Assembly: GCA_025451535.1 (NCBI GenBank)
Contig: JANWKE010000093.1
Span: 4,824-68,823, forward strand
From: Verrucomicrobiia bacterium
Lineage (GTDB): Bacteria > Verrucomicrobiota > Verrucomicrobiia > Limisphaerales > UBA11358
Direction: 5' to 3'
Length of the DNA stretch: 64,000 nt
Made by a program: the position numbers and the translations under genes. Positions 63,920 through 64,000 of this stretch are shown piece by piece (positions within the stretch are counted from its first letter, which is position 1; each line of letters starts with the position of its first letter). The notes beneath the pieces are model-generated. The model did not search any database. It saw only the letters and a program-made list of their open reading frames with translations, and was not told the DNA's origin.

Positions 63920-64000
63920 GTTTTTATCTTTCTATTTCTACATTTCAACTAACTTCTCACGACGGCAGCCAGTCATGAGGATGTGAACGTGGCGGAAGCC

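Larger units (their letters stand above)
60291..64000. mobile_element. integrated mobile element (left part only; it continues beyond the window)
   Basis: It contains a tyrosine integrase, an HUH Rep, an excisionase-like HTH gene and small ORFs of lower G+C. No att repeat can be defined because the right end is outside the window. Confidence 0.6.

Noticed and set aside
62970-64000. Calling the element a Microviridae or inovirus prophage.
   Set aside because: Only the Rep-like gene and small ORFs are visible. No capsid (F/G), Zot-like ATPase or coat-protein genes lie within the window, so the element class cannot be assigned.
63938-64000. A possible 3' end of another minus-strand gene at the right edge (reads ...GFRHVHILMTGCRREKLVEM*).
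   Set aside because: Only 20 codons are visible, which is too short to support a call.

Overview
A 64-kb, gene-dense bacterial chromosome segment. My hand counts on sampled lines give about 55-60% G+C. Gene content and the many dispersed palindromic repeat families suggest a PVC/Verrucomicrobia-like organism, but that is inference only. About 55 protein genes and one tRNA-Pro(CGG) are supportable. The core genes are dnaA with an AT-rich DnaA-box region upstream, glnB, ileS, clpP-clpX, rsmA, asd, trmB and hldD. Other supportable blocks are a TonB/ExbB/ExbD set, a GH43 hydrolase, a MacAB-type ABC efflux operon and an SNF2 helicase. A polyamine cluster carries an ornithine-decarboxylase-like gene, bacterial homospermidine synthase, a deoxyhypusine-synthase-like gene and agmatine deiminase. 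An ECF sigma/anti-sigma pair heads an operon encoding a 1464-aa secreted EF-hand protein.

I found no known defence system or CRISPR array. No single locus can be confidently called a new system from sequence alone. The most unusual observations are these:
1. A truncated integrated element at the right edge (about 60.3-64.0 kb) has a tyrosine integrase, an HUH rolling-circle Rep, an excisionase-like gene and a translationally coupled small-gene pair.
2. ileS has an AT-rich interior of about 2.6 kb between host-like GC-rich ends, and an intrinsic terminator lies in its leader.
3. Palindromic repeat elements appear to be inserted in frame in housekeeping genes (clearly in rsmA, possibly in aguA), as in Rickettsia RPEs.
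4. A TGTGAATAA DnaA-box variant clusters upstream of dnaA and recurs as a perfect palindrome 44 kb away.
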